This document shows, piece after piece, positions 28,867 to 37,931 of a stretch of 64,000 nucleotides of DNA. This DNA comes from a virus. The notes under the pieces were generated by a model. It was not told where the DNA came from. It searched no databases and saw only the letters and a program-made list of their open reading frames with translations. Each line of letters begins with the position of its first letter. Position 1 is the stretch's first letter. The stretch is taken from the IMG/VR virus record IMGVR_UViG_2593339207_000001; one strand, 5' to 3'. The position numbers were made by a program, and so were the translations under genes.

Positions 28867-29317
28867 CGAGATCGATCCCTTGTTCGTAGATGACCGGCGC
28901 AAGTCCGCTCGGAGTCAGGATGTAGGCTTCCTGGTCGAGCTGGGTGGCCGGACGCAACTCGGTGAGCCGCTGCCGGTAGTCGGCGAGCAGATCGGCCTCG
29001 AGCTTGGCCCAGTGGCCGGGCTGGCCGGTTTTGTCCACCCTCTTGTCGCCGCTGGAAAAGGAGAAGGCGTTGGCGGTGGCCGAACGCATGACCTGGCAGG
29101 CGTGGATCTGCGCCATGATCACCAGGAGCTCGCGGACCTCGCCGGTGGGATCGGGGGTGATCTCTCCGGCCGTGATCGTCAGCGATTGGTCGAGGTCGCG
29201 GCCGACCCGGAAAACGGCCTTCCGGACGCATCTCTCCAGAGTCTGGTCCTCGAAGAGAGATGCGCCCGGATCGGACAGGTCGAGCCGCAGGTCGGCGATC
29301 AGGTCACTCAGCAGCAC
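28853..29317 (-). CDS. Head-tail adaptor-like protein
   Basis: LIADLRLDLSD...LFEDQTL...FSFSSGDKRVDK. Confidence 0.65.
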   Translation of the reverse strand: MLLSDLIADLRLDLSDPGASLFEDQTLERCVRKAVFRVGRDLDQSLTITAGEITPDPTGEVRELLVIMAQIHACQVMRSATANAFSFSSGDKRVDKTGQPGHWAKLEADLLADYRQRLTELRPATQLDQEAYILTPSGLAPVIYEQGIDLDVVE

Positions 29318-29738
29318 CTTGCAGGCCCTCCAGACGGCTCTTGAGCGCGTCGATCACCGTGCGGCGTTTCTCGGTATCCATGTAGCCCTTGAGGGTCTCC
29401 GGATTGGCCTCCTCGTTGACCCTGGAGATGGCGTCGGTGGCGGAGAGCTTGCTCAGGTCCACCGGTTCCGCGTCCTGGTCGGGCTCTGGAGGGGCGAGCG
29501 GTTCCTGTTTCGGTTTGTGTTCGCCCTCATCCATGGTGCTCACTCCTTCGGGGCCAGCCTTCGGCTGTCCAAATCCGCTCCCGGCGGATTTGTCGGCCAT
29601 GGCCAGGCGTCCGTTTTTCAGGGCAGCCTGGATTTGTTTGGTAAAGTGTTCCACCTCGACGACCTGTCCGGGCTTGAGTTTCAGCCCGGCGTCGGGGATC
29701 ACCAGAACGCCGGGACGGATGTTCTTGATTCGATTCAT
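29304..29738 (-). CDS. Capsid-adjacent accessory protein with a 25-aa repeat-derived insert
   Basis: Directly after MCP; C-terminal helical LSKLSATDAI...RRTVIDAL. Confidence 0.7.
   Translation of the reverse strand: MNRIKNIRPGVLVIPDAGLKLKPGQVVEVEHFTKQIQAALKNGRLAMADKSAGSGFGQPKAGPEGVSTMDEGEHKPKQEPLAPPEPDQDAEPVDLSKLSATDAISRVNEEANPETLKGYMDTEKRRTVIDALKSRLEGLQGAAE
29519..29594 (-). repeat. Multi-hairpin palindromic element copy A (in frame)
   Basis: GACAAATCCGCCGGGAGCGGATTTGGACAGCCGAAGGCTGGCCCCGAAGGAGTGAGCACCATGGATGAGGGCGAAC; ACAAA direct repeats 75 bp apart. Confidence 0.85.
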
Positions 29739-29757
29739 CTCACGTCACCTCCTAAGA

Positions 29758-30621
29758 TTACGGAACCAGTTTGACCTTGGCCATGATGTCGGGGCGGGTA
29801 ATGCCCTGGCCGATCTCGGACCACACCAGCCAGCCGGTCTTGAAGCGGGTCTTCTGGTCGATGGATTCCGTCTTCAGGTTTTCACGCACCGGCATCTTCC
29901 CGACCTCTTCATCCGGGACGATGATGATCTCGTCCAGCGGCATGGAGGCGGTCAGCAGAATGCCGCCGGTGCCGTAGTTCTTGATGACACCCTTCTGGCG
30001 CAGCTCGAGCTTGGTCTGGGGATCGAGGTTCCAGCCGCGCATGTCGTTGAACCGACGGCCACGCATGACGATGTACTTCACCGACAGCTCCAGGTCCTCG
30101 ATGATCGAGATGGCCTCGTTCAGTGCCTCTTCGGTGAGCAAATCGCCGGTGACCTCGATGATATTGGACGCCGGGATGGCTGAGGACAGCACCGAGATGG
30201 TGCGGCGGTCCATCTCCTTGCGGATGGCGTCGGCGGCGCTGGTCTGGATGTCCATCAGCGTGCCGATGTTGCCGTTCTTGAGAACGGAAACGTCCACCAT
30301 CGGGTTGGAGTGAATGCGGTTGGTGGGGAACTCGACCTCATCATTGCCCACCTCCTGCTCCTGGGCGTCGCCGTCCTTGCTGATCCAGTGGGCCTTGACG
30401 GTCGGTTTCTTCTGGTAGACCGGACGTTCGCCCTTGGGCAGCGTGTGCTTGGTGAGCAGCAGCGAGGAGATCTCCTTGCGCTTGATCTCCTGTTCGATGG
30501 GCGCGGCGATGGCGGCGGCAAGCGCCCGCATGCCTTCGGGCGACTCGAGAGCCTCGCTCATGAGCCGCGCCATGGTTTCCATGTATTCCTGGGAATGGAT
30601 CTTCAACTGATTGGTTTTCAT
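29758..30621 (-). CDS. Major capsid protein (HK97-like fold, inferred)
   Basis: 287 aa after protease and decoration genes; EVEFPTNRIHSNPMV...AIRKEMD pattern. Confidence 0.85.
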   Translation of the reverse strand: MKTNQLKIHSQEYMETMARLMSEALESPEGMRALAAAIAAPIEQEIKRKEISSLLLTKHTLPKGERPVYQKKPTVKAHWISKDGDAQEQEVGNDEVEFPTNRIHSNPMVDVSVLKNGNIGTLMDIQTSAADAIRKEMDRRTISVLSSAIPASNIIEVTGDLLTEEALNEAISIIEDLELSVKYIVMRGRRFNDMRGWNLDPQTKLELRQKGVIKNYGTGGILLTASMPLDEIIIVPDEEVGKMPVRENLKTESIDQKTRFKTGWLVWSEIGQGITRPDIMAKVKLVP

Positions 30622-30639
30622 GTGCGTTGGCTCCTTGGG

Positions 30640-31002
30640 TTAGACGAGCAGGCGGAATTTGAGGACGCCGCTCTGTACGGAAATGGCGTGGGCGACCACG
30701 TGCTCTCCGGCCGCGACGCCGTTGGTCAGCCGACCGCTCGCCGAAACTTTCAGGTCGTCTCCGGCGACGACGGTCCCTTCGAAGGCGTCGGTCTCGTAAA
30801 CGCCGCCGTCGCAGTAGATGCCGGGCATTTCGCCACCGGCGTAATCCTTGATCAGGATGCCGAAGGAGCGCTTGGTGGGATCGGTGTTGACGGCGAACAG
30901 GTCGTCGCCGACCACGCGAACCACCTGGCCGAGCTGGCCGTCGCCCTGGATGTGGCCGTCGCCATAGGCGAGGCTGCGGTGACACGGATTGATGAATGAC
31001 AT
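30640..31002 (-). CDS. Capsid decoration / cement protein
   Basis: 120 aa between scaffold and MCP; GGVYETDAF...GDDLKVSASGRL. Confidence 0.7.
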   Translation of the reverse strand: MSFINPCHRSLAYGDGHIQGDGQLGQVVRVVGDDLFAVNTDPTKRSFGILIKDYAGGEMPGIYCDGGVYETDAFEGTVVAGDDLKVSASGRLTNGVAAGEHVVAHAISVQSGVLKFRLLV

Positions 31003-31014
31003 GGTGTTTCCTCC

Positions 31015-33426
31015 TTATGCGTTGATTTGCGAGTGTTCGGGAGAGTCCTCGCCGACACGGTTGCGGTAAGCGGCCATGAGCCCGTCGCGCAGACGGTCCT
31101 CGAGCGACACCTTGCGGTCGTCTACATCGTGGGGCCGAACACCGGCGTCGCTGCGCAGCGGGGTTTCCGTCGATGCCTTGGCGGCGGGCTTGCCGCCCTG
31201 GTCGCTGTCAGCGGGTTTCTCTTCCTTGTCCTTGTCCGCCTTGGCCGACTTGGGCAGGCGCTCATAAGCGGCTTCGGTGGCGGCGAAGGCTTCGTCGGAC
31301 AGTTCGGCCAGGCGTTTCAGCTCGGCTTCCCGGTCCTCATCGGACGCAAAGGAGAGCCCCTGCTTCTCCAGCCGGGTGAGCAGTTTCTTGGCGCGGGAAC
31401 GGCAAGCGGCCGCCTTTTGTTCGGCTTCCAGTTCCTGGACGCGCTTCTGCAGCTCGGCGACCTGGGCCTTGAGCTGCCGGTTTTCCTTTTCCAGGTCGGT
31501 AACGCGAGCGGGATCGCCTTCCTGCTGGGCCGGTTTCTTCTTGGCCGCGTCTGATTCGGTCTTGGCGGCCTGGTCATCGGTGGGTTTGGTTTTGTCTTCC
31601 ATCGTGGAATCTCCTTCGGGTTGGGATTGGTCGGGCTGGCTCTGAAGGGACGCCACCTGCAGAATCCTGGCGTTCTCGTCCGCGCCTTTGCGGTCGAGCA
31701 GTCCCAGTCCAGTGAAAGTGACGCCGTGCAGAATCTCGAAAACGGGTTGGCCGTTGAAATCACGGCCCTTGAATTTGCGCAGGTGGGTGCAGTAGTCGGC
31801 CTTGTTCTGGAAGCGCTTGTGGCAGACCGAGCATTCGCCCTCCTGGTAGTCGCATTCCATGGAGACCTGGGAGATGATCCCGCGCTTCATCAGCTTGTAG
31901 GCCAGCCGGGCGGCCGGGGTGTCGTGGACGTACAGCTCGCCGACGCATTCCACGCGGCCGCCGTTGTCGTCCTCCAGGTAGTCGGCGGCGACGATGCCGC
32001 CCACGATGTCGTTGAACTCCTGCGAATGCTGCAGATCGACCTTCTTGTTCACGGCCGTCATGTGCCGACCGGACAACTCCTCGGCGGTGAAGTGATCGCC
32101 GTTCTTGTTGGTCCCGGTGCGGCAGAGCACGAAGCTGAACTGGGGGTCGCCCGCCGAACCGACATCCATGGCCTCGGTCGCGAGGCGTTCGCCTTCGCCC
32201 AGCCGGATGTCCACGGGAATGCTGGTGTGGAAGTTCGCGGCGGCGGCCATCGGAACGGGTTTCTCCTCCCGCTCGGCGCTGGCCTTGGCCCCGGGAGCGC
32301 AGACGAACAGACGCTCCTTGGCGTTGGAAGCCTCGCCGTGCTTGGAGGTGATGGCGTAGTGGTGATCCTTGGACTTCATCCGGCTCTGCTTGCCGAAGGA
32401 GCCGATGATCCGCTTCATCTCCTGCTCGTTGGGATAGGCGTGATCGCGGTAGGAAATCAGCCAGTGCGGAATGTGTTTGGCGTTGCCGAGAAAGGTCTGG
32501 AAGAACTCGTTGGCGTTAGCCTTGGTGACGGTCTTGTGGTCGGTCTCGTAATACTTGACCTTGGTGTCGGCCTTGATTTCGAGCCCTTCCCAATAGGTCA
32601 TGAGCCCCTCCACGAAGTGGTAGGCCCGCTCGTAGTTGGTGGTCGAAAACTCGGTGGCGTAGGGCGGATCGAAGTAGGCCAGATCCGCCTTGGCTTTCGG
32701 CAGCAGGTCGTTGATGTCCTGCCGGTATGCCTTGTTCTCCTTGTCGTTGTCGAAAACCAGGGCGTTGATACGCTGCAGGTTCTTGCGCAAGCGATCCTTG
32801 AACTCGTCTGGGGTGTCCTGGCGGCGGCCATAATCGGTGGACGACGAGAAGTGGCCGAAACCGCCCTTGCCGCTCATGCAGGTCTTGCCGAGGCCGAACA
32901 GGGCGATGTCTTTCTTGAAGCCGGAGAGCTTGTCGCAGTTGGCGCGGATGGTGTCGATCAGCGCATGGACGCCCTTTGCGAAGAAGATGCCCTTGAAGTT
33001 GTCCTGAACGAAGCTGCCCGCCTTGGCGTTGTCGGCCAGGAGTGCCTCGATCTCGTCCTCGCTCAGGCGAACCGAGTTATTCTCGATGATCGCCTTGGCG
33101 GCGTGGTGGCAGTAGCGGAGCCGGTCATTGGCGATGACCTGCAGGCCCTTGGTCTTGTACATGTAGGCCACGACCGCAGACCCCGAAAAGGCGTCCAGCA
33201 CCGTGCCAGCGCCTTCCGGGGTATGCTTCCAGATCCAGTCGACGAGCTTCTGCTTACTGCCGATGTAGTTGGTGATGTACTTGGGGCGTTTCTCGGGAGG
33301 GAGCTCTTCAGGAGCGGACTGTTCGGCGGCCTCGGTCCCGAGCGCATCGGGATCGAGAGTCAGCGCCGCATCGGCCTCCAGTAGAAACGCCAGCCTTTCC
33401 AGGTCTGTGGCGAACAGTTCCATCAA
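31015..33426 (-). CDS. Fusion of D12/Dam-class DNA adenine methyltransferase, predicted prohead protease and scaffold
   Basis: NYIGSKQKL, VLDAFSGS, YFDPPY (MTase); DLQH and QVSMEC (protease-like); acidic coiled-coil tail. Confidence 0.85.
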   Translation of the reverse strand: MMELFATDLERLAFLLEADAALTLDPDALGTEAAEQSAPEELPPEKRPKYITNYIGSKQKLVDWIWKHTPEGAGTVLDAFSGSAVVAYMYKTKGLQVIANDRLRYCHHAAKAIIENNSVRLSEDEIEALLADNAKAGSFVQDNFKGIFFAKGVHALIDTIRANCDKLSGFKKDIALFGLGKTCMSGKGGFGHFSSSTDYGRRQDTPDEFKDRLRKNLQRINALVFDNDKENKAYRQDINDLLPKAKADLAYFDPPYATEFSTTNYERAYHFVEGLMTYWEGLEIKADTKVKYYETDHKTVTKANANEFFQTFLGNAKHIPHWLISYRDHAYPNEQEMKRIIGSFGKQSRMKSKDHHYAITSKHGEASNAKERLFVCAPGAKASAEREEKPVPMAAAANFHTSIPVDIRLGEGERLATEAMDVGSAGDPQFSFVLCRTGTNKNGDHFTAEELSGRHMTAVNKKVDLQHSQEFNDIVGGIVAADYLEDDNGGRVECVGELYVHDTPAARLAYKLMKRGIISQVSMECDYQEGECSVCHKRFQNKADYCTHLRKFKGRDFNGQPVFEILHGVTFTGLGLLDRKGADENARILQVASLQSQPDQSQPEGDSTMEDKTKPTDDQAAKTESDAAKKKPAQQEGDPARVTDLEKENRQLKAQVAELQKRVQELEAEQKAAACRSRAKKLLTRLEKQGLSFASDEDREAELKRLAELSDEAFAATEAAYERLPKSAKADKDKEEKPADSDQGGKPAAKASTETPLRSDAGVRPHDVDDRKVSLEDRLRDGLMAAYRNRVGEDSPEHSQINA

Positions 33427-33479
33427 CGTCTCCGGTCAGTTTGCTGTGCTCTCCGCGACCTGCGGGGAGCGTTCAGCGG

Positions 33480-33511
33480 TTACTTACCGGAAGCGTCGTT
33501 GATGTGTCGGA
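33480..33511 (-). promoter_or_regulatory. Class-1 promoter-like motif upstream of the MTase-protease/capsid operon
   Basis: TCCGACA-N13-TCCGGTAAGTAA. Confidence 0.8.
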
Positions 33512-33651
33512 GGGTGACGGAGAATTTCAGCGGGTGGGGTTCAGCTGGAAATTTCCTGGAAGTTGCCGAGATTTGGCTTGAAAATCGGATTGCTATTCGC
33601 TATCTTGTGTTATCATGTTTTATTACGGAATCCAGAAAAGCGGTGACTGAC

Positions 33652-33861
33652 ATGGAACCACAAGACAAATGGCTGACCATCGAGGAGCTTTCCGGCTATC
33701 TGAAAATGAGCCGCAGCAAGCTCTATCAGATGGCCCAAAAAGGTGAGTTGCCCGGTTCCAAGATCGGAACCCAGTGGCGGTTCGACCGGGATGAGGTTGA
33801 CGACTGGATGAAAAGCCTTCGACAGACGGCACCGCAAAAGGCATCGGTCAACAATGGATAG
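33652..33861 (+). CDS. HTH_17 / excisionase-family DNA-binding protein leading the R-M operon
   Basis: WLTIEELSGYLKMSRSKLYQMAQKGELPGSKIGTQWRF. Confidence 0.88.
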   Translation: MEPQDKWLTIEELSGYLKMSRSKLYQMAQKGELPGSKIGTQWRFDRDEVDDWMKSLRQTAPQKASVNNG

Positions 33862-33882
33862 CCACAACAAAAAGGGATTACC

Positions 33883-35622
33883 ATGCCGAGCCTGATACAG
33901 CCAACATTATTCGACCTGCTTGATGTTCCGGCTTTTCCGAGACCTGCGGCGGTCACGAACGCGATTGAAACACTGGCTTCAAACAGTGGCATCGAGGCGC
34001 GAGGAGCAGTCTTTACGCGCATCGAGGTCGTTGATTTTATTCTCGATCTGGTTGGCTACGTCGCCAATGAGCCACTGCACCACCGTCGCATTCTGGAGCC
34101 ATCTTTTGGCGAGGGCGATTTCCTTCTTCCGATTGTTGAACGACTCATTTCTGCATGGCGGGAAAATGGCGGGAATGTTTCTTCCGCTGGTGCTGAATTA
34201 GGAGAAGCCATTCGTGGCGTGGAGTTACATAGGGAAACCTTTATCTCAACACGCAAGGCCGTCATTAACCGGCTGAAAGCGGAAGGATTATCGTCATCTG
34301 TGGCCTCAGAGCTCGCCGACCAATGGCTGACTCAGGGGGATTTCCTTCTTGAGCGGCAAAACGCTCGCTTTGACTTTGTTGTCGGCAATCCACCGTATGT
34401 CCGTCAAGAACTGATTCCTGCACCACTGTTGACTGAATACCGCCATCGTTACCAGACGATGTACGACCGCGCCGACCTTTACATTCCTTTCATCGAACGT
34501 TCGCTGTCTCTTCTCGACGAAGGCGGGACTCTGGGTTTTATTTGTGCCGACCGATGGATGAAAAACCGCTACGGCGGCCCATTGCGGGAGTTCATCGCAA
34601 GAAATTTCCATCTCAAAGCCTATGTCGATATGGTGGATACCAACGCTTTTCATTCCGAAGTCAGCGCCTATCCCGCGATCACCGTCATTGAGAAGACGAA
34701 AGCAGGTGCAACCCGGATTGCCCACAGGCCCAAGATTGAAAAGAAGGCGTTATCTGCTGTTGCAGCAGAAATCAGGTCTGAAGCCCTGTCCAAAGACTCA
34801 TCTGTCCGAGAAATGGTTGGAGTGGTAAGCGGTTCAGAGCCTTGGCTTTTGGAATCGTCGGATCAAATGTCGCTGATCCGACGTATCGAAAGCCAATTTC
34901 CCGCGCTGGAACAAGCTGGTTGTAAGATCGGGATTGGTGTGGCCACTGGCGCTGATAAGGCGTTCATCGGGAATTTCGAATCTCTTGACGTCGAGTCCGA
35001 CCGAAAAATTCCACTTGTGGCGACCCGTGACATTCAATCCGGTGAGGTCGTCTGGCAAGGTCAAGGAGTTATCAATCCGTTCGCAGATGACGGTGGCCTT
35101 GTCGATTTGCGGGATTACCCCAAGCTGGCCAGCTACCTTGAAGAACGAAAGTCGGTGATAGCAAAGCGTCATTGTGCACAGAAAGCACCGTCAAATTGGT
35201 ACCGGACGATTGACCGGATATGGCCGGGGCTGACCAGCAAGCCGAAGTTGCTGATACCAGATATCAAGGGCGAGGCTCACATTGTTTTTGAGCCGGGCAA
35301 ACTTTATCCGCACCACAACCTTTACTATGTCGTCTCAGACACTTGGGATTTGCGTGCCTTGCAGGCGGTATTGCTATCCAGCATCGCCAAGCTATTTGTG
35401 GCGACCTATTCAACGAAAATGCGCGGAGGTTACCTGCGTTTTCAGGCGCAGTACCTGCGGCGCATCCGCATTCCCTTCTGGCAGCACGTATCCGAGAATC
35501 TCCGGCGGGAGTTGATCCATGCCGCGACCAACCGCGATCTTGACGCTTGTAACAGAGCGGTTTTCAAACTTTACAAACTGAACCAAGAAGAACGATCCGC
35601 TCTTGGCGGCAATGGAGAATAA
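33883..35622 (+). CDS. Type II N6-adenine DNA methyltransferase (PaeR7I/XhoI-like, Eco57I/TaqI-type domains)
   Basis: [38 protein letters not shown] motifs. Confidence 0.9.
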   Translation: MPSLIQPTLFDLLDVPAFPRPAAVTNAIETLASNSGIEARGAVFTRIEVVDFILDLVGYVANEPLHHRRILEPSFGEGDFLLPIVERLISAWRENGGNVSSAGAELGEAIRGVELHRETFISTRKAVINRLKAEGLSSSVASELADQWLTQGDFLLERQNARFDFVVGNPPYVRQELIPAPLLTEYRHRYQTMYDRADLYIPFIERSLSLLDEGGTLGFICADRWMKNRYGGPLREFIARNFHLKAYVDMVDTNAFHSEVSAYPAITVIEKTKAGATRIAHRPKIEKKALSAVAAEIRSEALSKDSSVREMVGVVSGSEPWLLESSDQMSLIRRIESQFPALEQAGCKIGIGVATGADKAFIGNFESLDVESDRKIPLVATRDIQSGEVVWQGQGVINPFADDGGLVDLRDYPKLASYLEERKSVIAKRHCAQKAPSNWYRTIDRIWPGLTSKPKLLIPDIKGEAHIVFEPGKLYPHHNLYYVVSDTWDLRALQAVLLSSIAKLFVATYSTKMRGGYLRFQAQYLRRIRIPFWQHVSENLRRELIHAATNRDLDACNRAVFKLYKLNQEERSALGGNGE

Positions 35623-35624
35623 TA

Positions 35625-36365
35625 ATGGCAATTGACCTTGTAGATTATGAGCGGAAGGCTCGTGAAGCTGTGCAGGCGTTTTGGGAAAACCGGGAAGCAG
35701 CCAGGCAGAAGCAAATTGAATCAGGCAAGGCCGACCAGGGGGAGCGTGCTAGTGTGACCTCTGGCAAAAACATGGATGGGTTTATCGCCTTAATACTCGA
35801 CATCATCCATGCCAACGGGCTCACCCATGCCGACATCCACCAGAAACGCGCCGTCCTGACGCTGCCCGGTTTCTTTCGGCCAACCAAGCTCTGGGATCTG
35901 CTAGTCATCCACAAAGGCGAGCTGATTGCGGCCATTGAACTGAAAAGCCAGGTGGGACCTTCGTTCGGCAACAATTTCAACAACCGGACGGAAGAGGCCA
36001 TCGGCACAGCTCATGACTTGTGGACCGCCTATCGCGAAGGGGCGTTCGGCAAACAGCCTCGTCCGTTTGTTGGCTGGCTGATGTTGGTTGAGGATGCGCC
36101 TGAGTCCCGTTCTCCAGTCAAATACAACTCACCTCATTTCCCCGTGTTTAAGGAATTCAAGAGCGTATCTTATCTCCAGCGGTACGATTTGCTTTGCCAG
36201 AAGTTGACACAGGAACAACTCTACACATCCGCTTCGCTTATCGCCTCTCCGAGATCCGCCGCTGCTGGTGGTAATTTTTGCTCGTTGTCATCAATGACCA
36301 GTCTCAAGACCTTCGTCGCCTCTCTTGCCGGACACATCGCAGGCGAGTCGGCAAGACTTGAGTAG
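35625..36365 (+). CDS. Type II restriction endonuclease, PaeR7I/XhoI family
   Basis: [12 protein letters not shown]...[24 protein letters not shown]...RPFVGWL. Confidence 0.88.
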   Translation: MAIDLVDYERKAREAVQAFWENREAARQKQIESGKADQGERASVTSGKNMDGFIALILDIIHANGLTHADIHQKRAVLTLPGFFRPTKLWDLLVIHKGELIAAIELKSQVGPSFGNNFNNRTEEAIGTAHDLWTAYREGAFGKQPRPFVGWLMLVEDAPESRSPVKYNSPHFPVFKEFKSVSYLQRYDLLCQKLTQEQLYTSASLIASPRSAAAGGNFCSLSSMTSLKTFVASLAGHIAGESARLE

Positions 36366-36368
36366 TTC

Positions 36369-37931
36369 TCAGGAACTCGCCTTCACCTGATGGAGAATCC
36401 ACTTCCTGAGCGTTTCCTCGGTCGCCAGCCGGATCAGCGCCTCGACGAGCTGCTGTTTGTTCTTGAGGATGCCGATGCCGTGCTTCTGTTTGGCCGCCGC
36501 GAGTTCCTTGCCCATCAGGCCGCTGTGGTCCACACCGGGCTCCAGCTTATCCAGCAGCTCGATGGTCTCCTGTTTGGTCATGTTGAGGGAGATGCCGTTC
36601 TCCTTCGCCATCTCCTTGAGCTGCTGGGCAGTCATGCCCCCCAGCCCCTCGGCGGGAGGGATCTTCGCCATCTGGGCGGCGAGCAGCTTGGCCTGTTTGA
36701 GTTCCGTCTGCTTCAGTCCGAGCAACTCGACCAGTTCTTCCTTGGTCCGCAGCAGACCGATCTTGTGTTCCTTGAGCTTGGCGCTGAGCGCCGCTCCGGC
36801 CAGGTCGCCGTGATCGATCCCCGGTTCAGCCAGATCGAGCAGCTTGATGAAATCGGCCTTGGTCCGGGCAATGGCCACGCCGTTCTGTTTCGCCAGGGTC
36901 TGGAGCTGTTTGACCGTCAGCGAGCCGAGGTCGGCGATGTCGCCGTTTTCAAAGGCGCTCTTGATCTTGGCGTTCTCCTTGGCCTGGGCGTCGGCCATGC
37001 CTTCCAGCACATGGGGCGGGAGAATGCAGGCGTCCCCCTGCGATGCCTGGGCGGCTGCCTGGGCGGCCATCTCGCTGCCGCAGACGGTCATCGGCCAGGC
37101 CACGATGTTGGTGCAGCGGCAGTGCGGATGCGCGGGTTGCTGAGGGAACTTGTCGATGGGAAAGGTCTTGCCGTCCAGGCCGCCGCAGACCGGGCACATG
37201 CGCTCGTCCTCCATGGCCAGCCATTCCAGCTTCTGGATGCCGACCCGCTCGTGGAACTTGAGCCTGCCCATGTTGTGGGCGCGGAGTACCTCGGTGCGGG
37301 CGATCATCTCCATGCGGTACTGCGCCTTGCTGAACACCCGGCTTCCGGCCTGGCGAAAGGAGTCCTTGTCGACGATCACCTTGCCCATGTCCCGGACGAT
37401 GTCGTCGGCTCCCTTGCCTGTGGCGACGCCGTTCAGGATGGTGCGCTTGATGCCGTCTGCGAGTTCGCGGTGGACGTCACCGGCGAGCGTGAGGTTGTAC
37501 TGCGCCATGAAGTCGAGGGCATTGGTGTCGACGATGGTGAACACCTTGGTGGCCAACTTGTCGATGCCCTCGGGCTTCAGGTCGGCGTAGAACGGCAGCG
37601 CCACGTCGGCGAGCTCTCCGATTCCCTGCTGGATGCCGAGCTTGAAGGAGTCCTTGGTCGTCTTGCGAAAGACCAGGGTCTGCTCCCGTTTGAGCCGCTT
37701 CATGGTGTCGTCGAGTTCGAGCTGGAGCTTTTCCAGCCCCTTGAGAGCGGCGAGCTTGTTGTCCGGCAGGGAGCCGAGGGAGCGGTACTGGAGGATGGCG
37801 CGGGCGACCTCGTCTTCGGCCTGTTTCAGCGCCTGGGTGAGCTGGGCCGTGACCTGGTCGTTGTAGCGGTTGCGAGCCGTCAGACTCTTCAGTGTGGCCG
37901 CCTGGATGCGCTGCTTGAGGTCCGACGGCAT
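36369..37931 (-). CDS. MuF / SPP1 gp7-like head morphogenesis protein with HeH/SAP-like repeats
   Basis: EMIARTEVLRAHN...EDERMCPVC...QPAHPHCRC, then two tandem double-helix-pair repeats. Confidence 0.88.
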   Translation of the reverse strand: MPSDLKQRIQAATLKSLTARNRYNDQVTAQLTQALKQAEDEVARAILQYRSLGSLPDNKLAALKGLEKLQLELDDTMKRLKREQTLVFRKTTKDSFKLGIQQGIGELADVALPFYADLKPEGIDKLATKVFTIVDTNALDFMAQYNLTLAGDVHRELADGIKRTILNGVATGKGADDIVRDMGKVIVDKDSFRQAGSRVFSKAQYRMEMIARTEVLRAHNMGRLKFHERVGIQKLEWLAMEDERMCPVCGGLDGKTFPIDKFPQQPAHPHCRCTNIVAWPMTVCGSEMAAQAAAQASQGDACILPPHVLEGMADAQAKENAKIKSAFENGDIADLGSLTVKQLQTLAKQNGVAIARTKADFIKLLDLAEPGIDHGDLAGAALSAKLKEHKIGLLRTKEELVELLGLKQTELKQAKLLAAQMAKIPPAEGLGGMTAQQLKEMAKENGISLNMTKQETIELLDKLEPGVDHSGLMGKELAAAKQKHGIGILKNKQQLVEALIRLATEETLRKWILHQVKASS

